Assembly: GCA_041641305.1 (NCBI GenBank)
Contig: JBEPYN010000001.1
Coordinates: 96,001 to 160,000, forward strand
Reading direction: 5' to 3'
Length of the DNA: 64,000 nucleotides
Source: Nitrososphaerota archaeon
GTDB taxonomy: Archaea; Thermoproteota; Nitrososphaeria_A; Caldarchaeales; Caldarchaeaceae
The position numbers and the translations under genes are program-made. The notes beneath the pieces were generated by a model, which was not told where the DNA came from, ran no database searches, and saw only the letters and a list, made by a program, of their open reading frames with translations. Shown piece by piece: positions 19,108 through 29,053 of this stretch; the stretch's first letter is position 1, and every line of letters begins with the position of its first letter.

Positions 19108-19167
19108 GATCTAATCAGCGAAAAGCTTAGTTAATAAGGCTTAAACGGTCGTCAGCGAAAGCATGGA

Positions 19168-19953
19168 ATGTTGAAGCCCAGCGTCAAGTACCTTGGAAGA
19201 GTCGCAGTGGTCAGGGTGCCGAGAGGCTCCACCTTAGACCTTACAGAGTTCGCCAGAGAGATAATGATGAGAAACAGCGGTGTGGAAACTGTTCTGGAGA
19301 TTGAAAGGGTCGAGGGACCGTACAGGGTTCCGGTGGTTCGGCATGTTGCTGGCAGCCTCGACACGGTCACAACAGTCAAGGAGGACGGCATAGTGTACAC
19401 TTTCGACGCCTCTCGCCTCATGTTCTCGCTGGGAAACTTTGAGGAGAGGCGGAGAATAAGGTCGCTGATCAAGCCTGGGGAAACGGTGGTGGACATGTTC
19501 GCGGGCGTGGGCCAATTTACTCTCCCGGCGGCAAAGTCGGAGGCAAGCCATGTCTATTCCTTCGAAATTAATGGAGAAGCCTTCACCTACCTCGTTAAGA
19601 ACATAAGGCTCAACCATGTCGAGCACAAAGTTACCCCATATCACAGAGATTGTCGATACGCTGTAGACATTGGTCTTGAAGAATGTGCAGACCGAGTACT
19701 GATGGGCTACTTCAGGGAGACCGCCGAGTATCTTCCCACCGCGTTCCAACTTCTCAAGAACCGAGGAGGGTTTATTCATTTTCATGAGCTTGCCGAAAAC
19801 AGTGTCGGCTGGGCCACTCTCTACAAGATTGTCTCAGAATACGCTGAAAGATGCGGCTACCTGGTCGAGCTCGTAAACAAACGTGTCGTCAAAACTTATT
19901 CACCAAAGTTGAGCCACTGGGTTCTGGACCTATTCGCTCGCCGAAAGCTTTGA
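19168..19953 (+). CDS. Trm5/Taw2 (Met-10+ family) SAM-dependent tRNA-modifying enzyme
   Basis: MFSLGNFEER, VVDMFAGVGQF, EIN, ADRVLMG, VKTYSP. Confidence 0.85.
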   Translation: MLKPSVKYLGRVAVVRVPRGSTLDLTEFAREIMMRNSGVETVLEIERVEGPYRVPVVRHVAGSLDTVTTVKEDGIVYTFDASRLMFSLGNFEERRRIRSLIKPGETVVDMFAGVGQFTLPAAKSEASHVYSFEINGEAFTYLVKNIRLNHVEHKVTPYHRDCRYAVDIGLEECADRVLMGYFRETAEYLPTAFQLLKNRGGFIHFHELAENSVGWATLYKIVSEYAERCGYLVELVNKRVVKTYSPKLSHWVLDLFARRKL

Positions 19954-20298
19954 CTTGAGCCATTTGGCGACCTGTGTTAAGAGACTGCTTCTTGAGACGT
20001 TGATTACCATGGCTTCGGGCCCCTTCTCGACACTTAGCATCGGTGAATAGTTCGCCATGGGGGCGAAGGACACACTCATCCAGAAAACACGTCCGTTCAA
20101 AAGCTCCTCCACAACCTTAGCGTTGTTTGTCGGAACTGGGATGGGGAGAAAAACAACTCCCTCAGCCCAATAAAGCACTGCAGGCTGGCCCGGCGGCAGC
20201 ATCATGTTCCTTACGAGCTCCTCAGCCGACGGAAACCGAATATACTCCATTATAATCAGCTCCTTAACCGGCTGGTGAACGATTTCCACCATGTACAT
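19930..20298 (-). CDS. Hypothetical protein
   Basis: Protein-like composition; LYWAEGVVF; TTTAAA box upstream. Confidence 0.7.
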   Translation of the reverse strand: MYMVEIVHQPVKELIIMEYIRFPSAEELVRNMMLPPGQPAVLYWAEGVVFLPIPVPTNNAKVVEELLNGRVFWMSVSFAPMANYSPMLSVEKGPEAMVINVSRSSLLTQVAKWLKSKLSASE

Positions 20299-20535
20299 CG
20301 ATCATTCGATTATCCTTTTAAAGTTTCACGGAGACATTCATAATTACTTGAAGCAATTTACAAACAGGGATATACTTCGAATAGTGGTTTGCATCATCAG
20401 CAGAGGCTTGTTCGCTGCTATGAATCGATGATTTACCGGGTGGATTCGGACAATACTTGCCCCGCGGCCACACCTGAAAAGTGAATATTTTATTTCGGAA
20501 AACGGTTAAAAACGGGGGACAATCTTCATCAAACG

Positions 20536-20808
20536 TTGGTCATTGAGTCTTTGGGGGCCTGGCTGAGTATTGGGTCTATGTTTCTCAGCACAGCCATTTT
20601 AGGCCTTCTCGCAGTTAGAGGCGGCTCCAGCAGGAACGCGGTTCTCTTTAGCCTATTATCACTATTTACCTTAACCCACGGGTTATGGCATCTCGCACTA
20701 TATCTGGGGCAGAGGTGGATTGCGGTATATCTCAACCCAATCTCAGCCCTCCTACTTCTAGTATTCACGCTCATTTACTTTAGGAGGTATACGTTCTTTG
20801 GAGGCTGA
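20536..20808 (+). CDS. Small 3-TM membrane protein
   Basis: Three hydrophobic segments, intramembrane HGLWH; overlaps next gene. Confidence 0.65.
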   Translation: MVIESLGAWLSIGSMFLSTAILGLLAVRGGSSRNAVLFSLLSLFTLTHGLWHLALYLGQRWIAVYLNPISALLLLVFTLIYFRRYTFFGG

Positions 20809-21082
20809 CATCGGTGAAATAATAACCATAGCAGGCCTAGCATCCTCACTCATCTTGTTACTGATACTGATCTATAGACATGCTAACGCAGACGTTCCGC
20901 GCCTTGCATCCTTCAAGACATGGCTTGCGATTGCCCTCGTCATATGGATTGCAGGTGAATTAGTCAACCTAATGGGCTTGTCTCTTGCGTTGGCTAGGAC
21001 AATACATACAGTTTCGATGGTTTTGTTCCCACTCATAATCATTGTGAAGGGTAGGAAGTTGCTTAGGAGGAGGTTACGCTGA
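20798..21082 (+). CDS. Small 3-TM membrane protein
   Basis: Hydrophobic segments with WIAGE and IHT; stop overlaps the ATPase start. Confidence 0.7.
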   Translation: MEADIGEIITIAGLASSLILLLILIYRHANADVPRLASFKTWLAIALVIWIAGELVNLMGLSLALARTIHTVSMVLFPLIIIVKGRKLLRRRLR

Positions 21083-21783
21083 TGGTGGAACGTGTCGTAA
21101 CCGGCGTCAGGGGACTTGACGCCATCCTTAATGGAGGTCTGCCAAAGGGCTCCATGACAGCCGTGGTAGGACCTCCCGGCTCCGGGAAAACCTCTCTTGG
21201 GCTTCAGTATCTGGTGGCCGCGGCTAGTCTGGGCAAGCCGGCGGCTTATATGCTCACCTTCTCTCCCAAGACATTGGACACGATTGCAGAGAGCTTCGGC
21301 TGGCCACTCGAGTTTCTGCGAAAACTGGAGATTTTGTACCTATATTCCACAGATTCGGAGGATGTAAAAACCTTTCGGTATTCAGCCAACATATTCCAAT
21401 TAACCGATATCAGCATAATCTTAAACGGTTTATTGGATAAAGTGAATATTTCAGACAACATGCGACTAGTTATAGATTCCCTTAGCGATATAATGATACT
21501 CCACAAGGATGAGGCAGCTCTAGCCACGTTCATCCGAGCCGTCAAGTCAAAACTCCAGCAGAAGAGCGTAACGTCGCTGGTCATGATTGAGGAAGGAATG
21601 CATGACGCCAAATTAATGGCGATGGTGGAGTACATCTGCGATGGCACAATAGTTCTTAAGCAAGAAGACGACGAGCGGCTATTGAAGGTCAGGCGGATGC
21701 TGGGCACATCCCCCTCAGCTGGGTGGAAACGTTTCACGATATCGAGTGGTCTAGAGCTATTTGCTGACGGGTTCTTTTATTAG
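21082..21783 (+). CDS. Single-domain KaiC/RAD55-like ATPase
   Basis: TGVRGLDAILNGGLP, GPPGSGKT, LVIDSLS, EYICDGTI, LKVRRM. Confidence 0.9.
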   Translation: MVERVVTGVRGLDAILNGGLPKGSMTAVVGPPGSGKTSLGLQYLVAAASLGKPAAYMLTFSPKTLDTIAESFGWPLEFLRKLEILYLYSTDSEDVKTFRYSANIFQLTDISIILNGLLDKVNISDNMRLVIDSLSDIMILHKDEAALATFIRAVKSKLQQKSVTSLVMIEEGMHDAKLMAMVEYICDGTIVLKQEDDERLLKVRRMLGTSPSAGWKRFTISSGLELFADGFFY

Positions 21784-22001
21784 GCAGGTAGGTTCTGCTC
21801 CGTAGCGGGTTTTTAATCTAATGCTATGGGACATGTGCTGCAGACCACGCGATTAGGCAGGCTTATGCAGAGAAAAACGAATGGCGACGACTTTGCTACA
21901 GCATGAAGAGCTATGAACATCATGAACACCTGCCACCACCTCTTCACATGTGCGGAGAATCTCTGCGATAAATTTTTAAGCACTTAACCTTAGATACTCT
22001 A

Positions 22002-23708
22002 TTGAATATGGATGGTTTGGAGTTTGTTCTAAGCAGGCCTTGGACACGGTTTTACCATAGCCAGGTTAATCCAAACATAACTGCTCCATCTGTTTCTCTT
22101 CCCCAGTTGTTCGACGAGGTTTGCGCAAAGTATTCGAAAAAGGTGGCAGCGATCTTTCTTGACACACCTATAACCTTTGAGGCGTTGAAAAACTATTGTG
22201 ACAGGTTTGCAACAGTCCTTAGCAAGCTTGGAGTGGGAAAGGGAAGTCGTGTAATGATAATCCTCCCCAACAGCATCCAGTTCATCGTCTCGTACTACGG
22301 TGTCTTGAAGACAGGTGCCACGGTTGTTCCGGTAAACCCGCTTAGCACAGGACAGGAGATAAAGGAGCTTGCTAGACTTTCAGAAGCCACAGTAATTATT
22401 TCACTCGACCTTTTCATAGACGAGGTGTTAGGTGTTCTCGGAGAAACCAAGGTCAAACATGTTATAGTCACAAACATAGCAGACCATCTACCCGCTTTCA
22501 AAAGAAGCCTAGGAAAAATTTTGAAGAAAATTCCGTCCAAACAAGTGCCGAGCAATCCGGTAGTCAAGAGCTATGTCGAGATGATATCTGGCCCATCCGA
22601 GAAGCTTGTACCCGATGTCGATCCGGAGAAAGACCTTGCTTCGATACAGTTCACGGGAGGCACGACAGGTTTTCCAAAAGGTGTGATGCTTACCCACCAC
22701 AACATCGTCTCCAACATTTTCCAGATGTATGAGTTCATCAGGCCATATATCGATGAAGGCAATGAGCGCTTCGCGGCTCTGCTACCTTTTTACCATATTT
22801 ATGGCCAGAGCGTTATTCTGGGGGCGGGGCTGTTGATGGGTAACACCCTCGTGATATTCCCGAGGCTTGAGTTGGATAAATTCATGAGAGACCTAGAAAA
22901 ATATGGTGTTACAATCTTTCCCGGTGTCCCAACTCTGTTCAACCTTATGTCCAAACACAGGCTCGCGGACCAGATCAAGTATCCTAAACTAAAGCTGGTG
23001 ATATCGGGCGCTGATATGCTTCCTCCTGAAGTTGCTGAGAGCTTTGAGAAAAAATTTGGCAAAAAAATCGTGGAAGGTTATGGATTGTCCGAGGCCTCGC
23101 CCGTGACACACGTTAACCCGCCCGACAAGGTGAGAAGGGGCTCCTTCGGCGTTCCTATACCATCTACTCTGGCGGCGATCATAAACCCCGATACCAAGCA
23201 GTTTCTCGGACCCGGTGAAGTAGGCGAAATAATCGTATCAGGGCCACAGGTTATGCAGGGATACCTAGGACAAGATAACAGCGGAGTCTTTCTATACGAG
23301 GCAGGTAGAAAATGGCTTCGGACAGGCGATATGGGTCAAATGGACAGTGACGGCTACTTCTACTTCGCCGAAAGAGCTAAGGACATCATCAAGCACAAAG
23401 GCTTCACGGTCTTCCCCGCCGAGATAGAGAAGGTATTGTATGAGTCGGAGGCTGTAAAGGAGGCCGCAGTAGTCGGTTTACCGGACCCCGTGGTAGGTGA
23501 GAAAATTGTTGCTGCTGTGGTGCTGAAGCCTGAATACGGCCCTGAACATGTAAAAACGCTTCACGAGCTATGCAGTAACAGGCTCGCTGAATACAAAAGG
23601 CCTTCCGAAATCGTGATCGTCGATGAACTCCCCAAATCCCTTGTGGGCAAAATGCTGCGACGCCGCGTCCGCGAAATCGTGAAAGAAAAACTGTCAACCC
23701 AAGCGTAA
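22002..23708 (+). CDS. Long-chain fatty acid-CoA ligase
   Basis: FTGGTTGFPKG, EGYGLSEASP, LRTGD, PKSLVGK. Confidence 0.92.
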   Translation: MNMDGLEFVLSRPWTRFYHSQVNPNITAPSVSLPQLFDEVCAKYSKKVAAIFLDTPITFEALKNYCDRFATVLSKLGVGKGSRVMIILPNSIQFIVSYYGVLKTGATVVPVNPLSTGQEIKELARLSEATVIISLDLFIDEVLGVLGETKVKHVIVTNIADHLPAFKRSLGKILKKIPSKQVPSNPVVKSYVEMISGPSEKLVPDVDPEKDLASIQFTGGTTGFPKGVMLTHHNIVSNIFQMYEFIRPYIDEGNERFAALLPFYHIYGQSVILGAGLLMGNTLVIFPRLELDKFMRDLEKYGVTIFPGVPTLFNLMSKHRLADQIKYPKLKLVISGADMLPPEVAESFEKKFGKKIVEGYGLSEASPVTHVNPPDKVRRGSFGVPIPSTLAAIINPDTKQFLGPGEVGEIIVSGPQVMQGYLGQDNSGVFLYEAGRKWLRTGDMGQMDSDGYFYFAERAKDIIKHKGFTVFPAEIEKVLYESEAVKEAAVVGLPDPVVGEKIVAAVVLKPEYGPEHVKTLHELCSNRLAEYKRPSEIVIVDELPKSLVGKMLRRRVREIVKEKLSTQA

Positions 23709-23745
23709 AACATCTATTTATTGTGAACTGCTGAAACATATCTCC

Positions 23746-24888
23746 GTGAATGTCGGTTTAGATAGGGTTGAGAAAGGATTAGAAAACATCGCTATCAAGG
23801 AAACCCGTTTATCAAGTATTGATGGCGAACAGGGGAAGCTTTACTATGTAGGCTACCCTATTGAAGAGTTGGCTGAATATTCCTCCTATGAGGAGGTCTG
23901 CTTTCTGCTTCTCAATGGTAGGCTGCCTACGAAAGACGAGTTAAGAAATTTTTCTGCCACGCTTGTCTCAGAGAGACATCTTCCACCGCAAGTAATAGAT
24001 ATTCTCAGGAGGCTTCCCCGCAACGCCCCTCTGATGAGCTGGTTAAAAACAGGCGTGGATCTGCTATCGCTCTTTGACGCAGATGCTGAGAAGACTGACG
24101 ACGAATCAAGGATGAGAACAGCGACCAGATTAATTTCTAGGATTGCTACATTAACGGCTACATCTTATCGCTTGGCTCGAGGGCTTGAACCCGTGGAACC
24201 GAGGGCCGATCTTTCTCATGCGGGAAATTTTCTCTACATGGCGACAGGCAACAAGCCTTCTTCTCTTGAGGAGAAAATAATGGATGTGGCGTTTATTCTG
24301 CATGCAGAGCATGAGCTGCCTGCCTCGACTACGGCGGCCCTCGTCGTAGCATCTACTCTTTCAGATCTTTACTCGGCTGTGGCAGCTGGGATAGGTGCAT
24401 TGAAAGGGCCGCTTCATGGTGGGGCAAATGAGAAAGCCCTCGAGATGCTGCAGGCAATAAAGTCTCCTGAAATTGCCGAGGAGTATGTGGCCAACGAGCT
24501 CGCAGCCAAGAGGAGAATAATGGGGTTTGGACACCGTGTTTATAGAAGCTTTGACCCCCGTGCCAGAATATTCAAGAGGTATCTTGAGCAACTCTCCGAA
24601 AGAAGAGGCGACAAAACTTTGCTGCAAGTCGCCGAGGCTGTGGAAAAAGCCATGATGAAATATATGAGCGGCAAAAACATTTTCCCAAACATAGACCTCT
24701 ACTCAGGCCCTGTCTTCCATTTGCTTGGTTTGGGTAAGGAAATATTCACGCCGTTCTTCGCGTCGGCGAGGACAGTTGGCTGGATTGCACATGTTCTGGA
24801 ATATTGGAAAGAAAACCGGCTGATAAGGCCCCGAGCAGTATATGTTGGCCCAGAGCCGAGAAGCTACATACCTCTTGACAAACGATAA
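23746..24888 (+). CDS. gltA: Citrate synthase (or 2-methylcitrate synthase)
   Basis: LHAEH, LKGPLHGGANE, MGFGHRVY, PNIDLYSG. Confidence 0.93.
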   Translation: MNVGLDRVEKGLENIAIKETRLSSIDGEQGKLYYVGYPIEELAEYSSYEEVCFLLLNGRLPTKDELRNFSATLVSERHLPPQVIDILRRLPRNAPLMSWLKTGVDLLSLFDADAEKTDDESRMRTATRLISRIATLTATSYRLARGLEPVEPRADLSHAGNFLYMATGNKPSSLEEKIMDVAFILHAEHELPASTTAALVVASTLSDLYSAVAAGIGALKGPLHGGANEKALEMLQAIKSPEIAEEYVANELAAKRRIMGFGHRVYRSFDPRARIFKRYLEQLSERRGDKTLLQVAEAVEKAMMKYMSGKNIFPNIDLYSGPVFHLLGLGKEIFTPFFASARTVGWIAHVLEYWKENRLIRPRAVYVGPEPRSYIPLDKR

Positions 24889-25585
24889 GCCCACCACGTT
24901 ATTGACACTTCAAGTCCGCCCAGCAGAAGTCGAAACCCGGCTTAACAGGTTTCTAGTGGCGGCGGAAGATGAAGGACGTAAAGTTTTACTTCACTTAACC
25001 AACACAGGCCGTTTACATGACCTCATTTACCGAGGCGCATCAATTCTCTATGTCCCAAAACCATCCGCCAAAACAGACGGATATTTAGCGGGGGTAAAGG
25101 TCGGCGACCTTGCTGCTGTAATCGACACAAAACTTCAGGCCAAATGTTTTGAAGAGGCCTTCAAACGGAGGCTAATTCCTTGGCTCAGCAAATATCTCCA
25201 GTACAAGAAAGAGACCTACTACATGCGGAGAAGGTTTGACTATCTGCTCGAGTCTGACACAGAAAAAGCTTTTCTCGAGCTCAAGTCAGCGGCCTATCTT
25301 AGCCCCGACGGGGCCGCCATGTATCCGGACACGGTCTCAATCCGCGGTAGAGAACATGTAAAGAAACTAGCCGAAATCTCCACATCAAGCAAGGCATACC
25401 TAGTCTTCGTTGCAGCGCATCCCGGGGCACGTTGTTTCACCCCATGCGACGAAGGAGACCCACAGATGAGACCCCTCCTTAAGATAGCAAAGGAAAAAGG
25501 AGTTGTCGTCAGGGCTTTCAAAATTCATATGAGTCTCGAGGGAGATGTCTACTTGGGTGACCCAGATCTTCCCGTTGTTTTATAG
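24875..25585 (+). CDS. sfsA: SfsA family nuclease
   Basis: RLNRF, HLTNTGRL, RRFDYLL, ELKS, YPDTVSIRGREH; start uncertain (24842/24875). Confidence 0.88.
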   Translation: MTNDKPTTLLTLQVRPAEVETRLNRFLVAAEDEGRKVLLHLTNTGRLHDLIYRGASILYVPKPSAKTDGYLAGVKVGDLAAVIDTKLQAKCFEEAFKRRLIPWLSKYLQYKKETYYMRRRFDYLLESDTEKAFLELKSAAYLSPDGAAMYPDTVSIRGREHVKKLAEISTSSKAYLVFVAAHPGARCFTPCDEGDPQMRPLLKIAKEKGVVVRAFKIHMSLEGDVYLGDPDLPVVL

Positions 25586-26437
25586 GAGGGTTGCCGCCGC
25601 TGTTGCGGCAAATATTATGAATAGCCATGGGCTGGAAATTTTGAAGGCTCGCCAGGCGGCTGACGGGGAGTAGTTTATGCATGGTTTTATGCTCTCCATC
25701 AGGAGCCATGTTGAAAAGGGTCCTACAATGACAAGGTAGAGAAGCTTGTTGTTGACAAACATGGTCATGTAGATTGCTGCGGCCACGGCTATCAAGTTGG
25801 AGGCCAAGGTAGCTATCGAGGTTGTCCGCACTCCATAAACAACGGGAAGCATCGGCACACCTGCTGCTGAATAATCCTTAACAGCCCTTGACGCAAGAGA
25901 CCAGAAATGTCCCGGTGTCCAGAGAAAAACAAGCAAAGCCATGAAGATGGGCAAAGCCCCCAAACCTCCGCCAGCCGCAGTCCATCCAGCAAGGGGTGCA
26001 AAAGATCCCGCAACTCCTCCAATAACAATATTCCAAACAGTCCTACGCTTGAGCCAAATAGTGTAAACCAACACATAGACCAGGGCCCCGGATAAAATGA
26101 ACAAGGCTGTCAAGACGTTGTAAGCATAGAGAGAATATAGAACAGCGGCGGCAATCATGCCAAAACCCAGAAAAGCAGCTGTACGAGGACTTACCCTCCC
26201 GGCAGGTATAGGTCTTGCCGCCGTTCTCCTCATTCTGGAATCGATGTCTGCGTCAAGATAGTGGTTTAAGGCACTGGCGCCTCCCACGGAGAGGTAACCC
26301 GCGATCACCAAGTGAACCATGTTGAGGATGTTCCCGCCAGCTGAGAGATATGCGGCTACGGCGGCGAAAATGTTCAGAAGAGTTATCTTAGGCTTGGTCA
26401 GGTTTAGGAGGTCGCGCCCTGTCATCTGGGAACGCAT
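25580..26437 (-). CDS. cyoE: Protoheme IX farnesyltransferase (heme O synthase)
   Basis: LTKPKI, NHYLDADIDSRMRRTAARP, YTIWLKRRT, FLWTPGHF; start trimmed from 26617. Confidence 0.93.
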   Translation of the reverse strand: MRSQMTGRDLLNLTKPKITLLNIFAAVAAYLSAGGNILNMVHLVIAGYLSVGGASALNHYLDADIDSRMRRTAARPIPAGRVSPRTAAFLGFGMIAAAVLYSLYAYNVLTALFILSGALVYVLVYTIWLKRRTVWNIVIGGVAGSFAPLAGWTAAGGGLGALPIFMALLVFLWTPGHFWSLASRAVKDYSAAGVPMLPVVYGVRTTSIATLASNLIAVAAAIYMTMFVNNKLLYLVIVGPFSTWLLMESIKPCINYSPSAAWRAFKISSPWLFIIFAATAAATLL

Positions 26438-26451
26438 CTCCAGTGCATAAT

Positions 26452-27315
26452 TTATAAGTTCTGTGAGATAAAGAGGCTGATGTAGGATAGGGCAATCACA
26501 GCTGCGACAGCTTTCTCCCAGCTGACACCTTTTGCGCTCACCAGCACCGCGGCCAAAGCCGCCAACTGCCACACGTGGAAAAACATGTAAACACCATAGG
26601 AAACCGCGCCGAACCACCCATTTCCCAACAGACCAAACCCGGACAGAACTGCAAACAACGTCAACAAAAGGTTTGAGGGTGTGAGAGCGAGAGGAACCGT
26701 TGCGGCAATCAACATTTCTCCTCCTTTTTTAAACGACATCAAAAATCCAGTCCCAAGCATCAACAATATCAAAAGACCCATGTTGCCGGCCGCGTATAGT
26801 AGGGCAAGCTCAGGTGACCCAACCGGCCTAAAATGGAGAATGATCTGGCTGTTAGACACCCGCCATGACAGCAGCATGTAAACAATAAGGGAAATGAGCG
26901 AGACCGGGACAAGCGTGGAATGGGTTAACTGAACTCTCCTAAGCAGGGGGTTCAGAGTAAAAGCATATACGTATCTTTTTAAGCCCATAGGCTCGGCGAC
27001 GCTCGTCTCAGCCAGAAAATCACTGACCTTCATCGAATCAACCAGCCTAAGCCCCTTTTCACTCAACCGATACCTACGCTTATCGGTTTTCACCACAAAA
27101 GGCTGCATAAACTCGAGATGGTAATACAGGGTTCCGACGCTGATGCCCAAAACTCTTTTAAGGTCGGATGCTGACATGGACCCGTTCTCCTTCAACAGGG
27201 TAATTATTTGTCTCCTAACGGGGTTTTTGAGCAAGCTGTAAAAAAACAACTTCTCATCCTTAGGTTCTAAAGATTTAGACTCGTTAACTAAATCCAGGTT
27301 TTCTTCCTGCCCCAT
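26452..27315 (-). CDS. ArsR-like wHTH fused to a multi-pass membrane domain
   Basis: LKNPVRRQII...SVGTLYYHL...YRLSEKG, then about 5 TM helices. Confidence 0.8.
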   Translation of the reverse strand: MGQEENLDLVNESKSLEPKDEKLFFYSLLKNPVRRQIITLLKENGSMSASDLKRVLGISVGTLYYHLEFMQPFVVKTDKRRYRLSEKGLRLVDSMKVSDFLAETSVAEPMGLKRYVYAFTLNPLLRRVQLTHSTLVPVSLISLIVYMLLSWRVSNSQIILHFRPVGSPELALLYAAGNMGLLILLMLGTGFLMSFKKGGEMLIAATVPLALTPSNLLLTLFAVLSGFGLLGNGWFGAVSYGVYMFFHVWQLAALAAVLVSAKGVSWEKAVAAVIALSYISLFISQNL

Positions 27316-27417
27316 AGTTTGTCTCAAGTTTCGAGAACCCCTACTAAAAATCTTTCGCTCTAACTTGTTAGAAAACTCATTCAATATATAGCGGGGTAGG
27401 CTAACAGCCTCTAGGGC

Positions 27418-28635
27418 GTGAAAAAATCGACTAAACTGGCGGCGACAACAATCATCATGTCGCTTTTCCTCCTATCTATGGCTATAGCTTGGGCGGCGGA
27501 TGAGAAACCCTCTGCAAAAAATGTTTCTGACTACTTAGCGAGCTTCGCAGCGGAGGGCGTAGAGCTTCCAAACATTTCATCCTTTATTAAAAAAAGTGGA
27601 GACGAGAGAGGCCTAACATTTTTGAGACGAGTTCTCGAGTTCCTTTGGAACATTTATCAATCCGACCCCCCTACAGGAATTCAAGGTGCTCAGATCCTCG
27701 ACGAAATATATGGTCTTAGGATAAACCACAAGGTTGACGACATGGCTGCATACATTCTTGATGCAGCTGAGCAGCTTATTCAGCAGGGTTCTGTCACTCT
27801 CAGCGGTGAGAAGGCGCAGGACTCTTATTCGAAAGCGTCGATTTTGGTTGAGGCTGGTAGCAACTTTCTGCTCGGTAAAGGCGTTGACCTCCGTGTAATA
27901 AAAGGTGGCGAGATAGATAATCAACAGTTAGAGATAATTATAGCAACAATTAACACGTCAAAGGGTCCGGTAAAAATCTACGTAACGCAAGAAAAAGAGA
28001 CATCGAGCAACCAAACAGTCACCGTCTCGAGAAGCGTTTACATAAGCCTGGAGAACACCATAATCATCCAAAAAGAAACTGAAAAAAGTCATCAGCCCAG
28101 TGAAGAGGAAAAACAGCTTTTGATAGGTGAAAACATCGGAATAGGTGCTATACTAAGCCTCAAGAAAACCGACACCCAAAAACAAATCGAGAAAACCGAG
28201 TACGATGTCAAAGTCCTCGAACACGCGTTTGACGGAGGCTACATTAGGCTTGTATTATCTTCCGAATCTTCTGAGCAAGGCAGGTTGATCATACTGGATG
28301 TGGATAAATCAATTCAAAGAGAATACTTTCCAAGGGATGTTTCTGTTAGGGTGAACGGTGAGCCCGCTAAGCTCGCCTCAAGCGTCTCCGAGGTGCTTTC
28401 AGGAGAGATAGATAAACCAGCATACTTTCTTGCTTTGACGGGCAGCGGTCTTCAGATTGTTCTCTACATACCCAGCTGGTCGACCAAGGTAGTGTTGATA
28501 GGCTCCTCCTCATCTCTCTCATATTTGATATCAATACCGAGCTTTGTCGGCAGAGAAAACGAGTTCGCGGCAACCACTTTAGCGGCTGCGGTTTTAATCA
28601 TAGCCCTCGTCGTCAATCGTTTAAAGCGAACATAG
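27418..28635 (+). CDS. Cell-surface protein (signal peptide plus C-terminal TM anchor)
   Basis: MKKSTK-hydrophobic-AWA signal; C-terminal hydrophobic helix followed by RLKR. Confidence 0.75.
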   Translation: MKKSTKLAATTIIMSLFLLSMAIAWAADEKPSAKNVSDYLASFAAEGVELPNISSFIKKSGDERGLTFLRRVLEFLWNIYQSDPPTGIQGAQILDEIYGLRINHKVDDMAAYILDAAEQLIQQGSVTLSGEKAQDSYSKASILVEAGSNFLLGKGVDLRVIKGGEIDNQQLEIIIATINTSKGPVKIYVTQEKETSSNQTVTVSRSVYISLENTIIIQKETEKSHQPSEEEKQLLIGENIGIGAILSLKKTDTQKQIEKTEYDVKVLEHAFDGGYIRLVLSSESSEQGRLIILDVDKSIQREYFPRDVSVRVNGEPAKLASSVSEVLSGEIDKPAYFLALTGSGLQIVLYIPSWSTKVVLIGSSSSLSYLISIPSFVGRENEFAATTLAAAVLIIALVVNRLKRT

Positions 28636-29053
28636 TAGCGTTAACTTTGTGCTTCACATAAAATTCTACAAGCCTCCTCGTATACTGTTCCATGGGAAGC
28701 ATGAGAGCGTGGCTCGGCTTTTTCCAAACATAGCCGACGATCTCCTCACCATCTACGGTTACTTTGTCGCTAACCGCTTTGCATAAAACATCTACGAAGA
28801 TGAAGTGTTTTCCCGCGTGCTTGAAGTGCCGTGGGTGCAGAACTTCCTGTATAGCGATGACCTTGAGGGGTTTGACCCTAAGGCCCACTTCCTCCAAAGC
28901 CTCTCTCACCACAGCGTCAAAGATTCTCTCTCCATAGTTAACGTGGCCGCCGGGAATGGAGTAGAGATAACCCCATTTGGGGCTAACTACGAGAAGAAGT
29001 CTCCCGGCACGGTCCAGTATGAATGCTCCGACGGTTAACTCAGGGGTCTTCAA
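28613..29053 (-). CDS. NUDIX hydrolase
   Basis: Nudix box GGHVNYGERIFDAVVREALEEVGL. Confidence 0.92.
   Translation of the reverse strand: MKTPELTVGAFILDRAGRLLLVVSPKWGYLYSIPGGHVNYGERIFDAVVREALEEVGLRVKPLKVIAIQEVLHPRHFKHAGKHFIFVDVLCKAVSDKVTVDGEEIVGYVWKKPSHALMLPMEQYTRRLVEFYVKHKVNATMFALND

Noticed and set aside
20420-20480. Possible C/D box sRNA (CGATGA ... CTGA about 50 nt apart)
   Set aside because: Imperfect C box, no clear D'/C' boxes and no target identified by eye; needs snoscan or RNA-seq.
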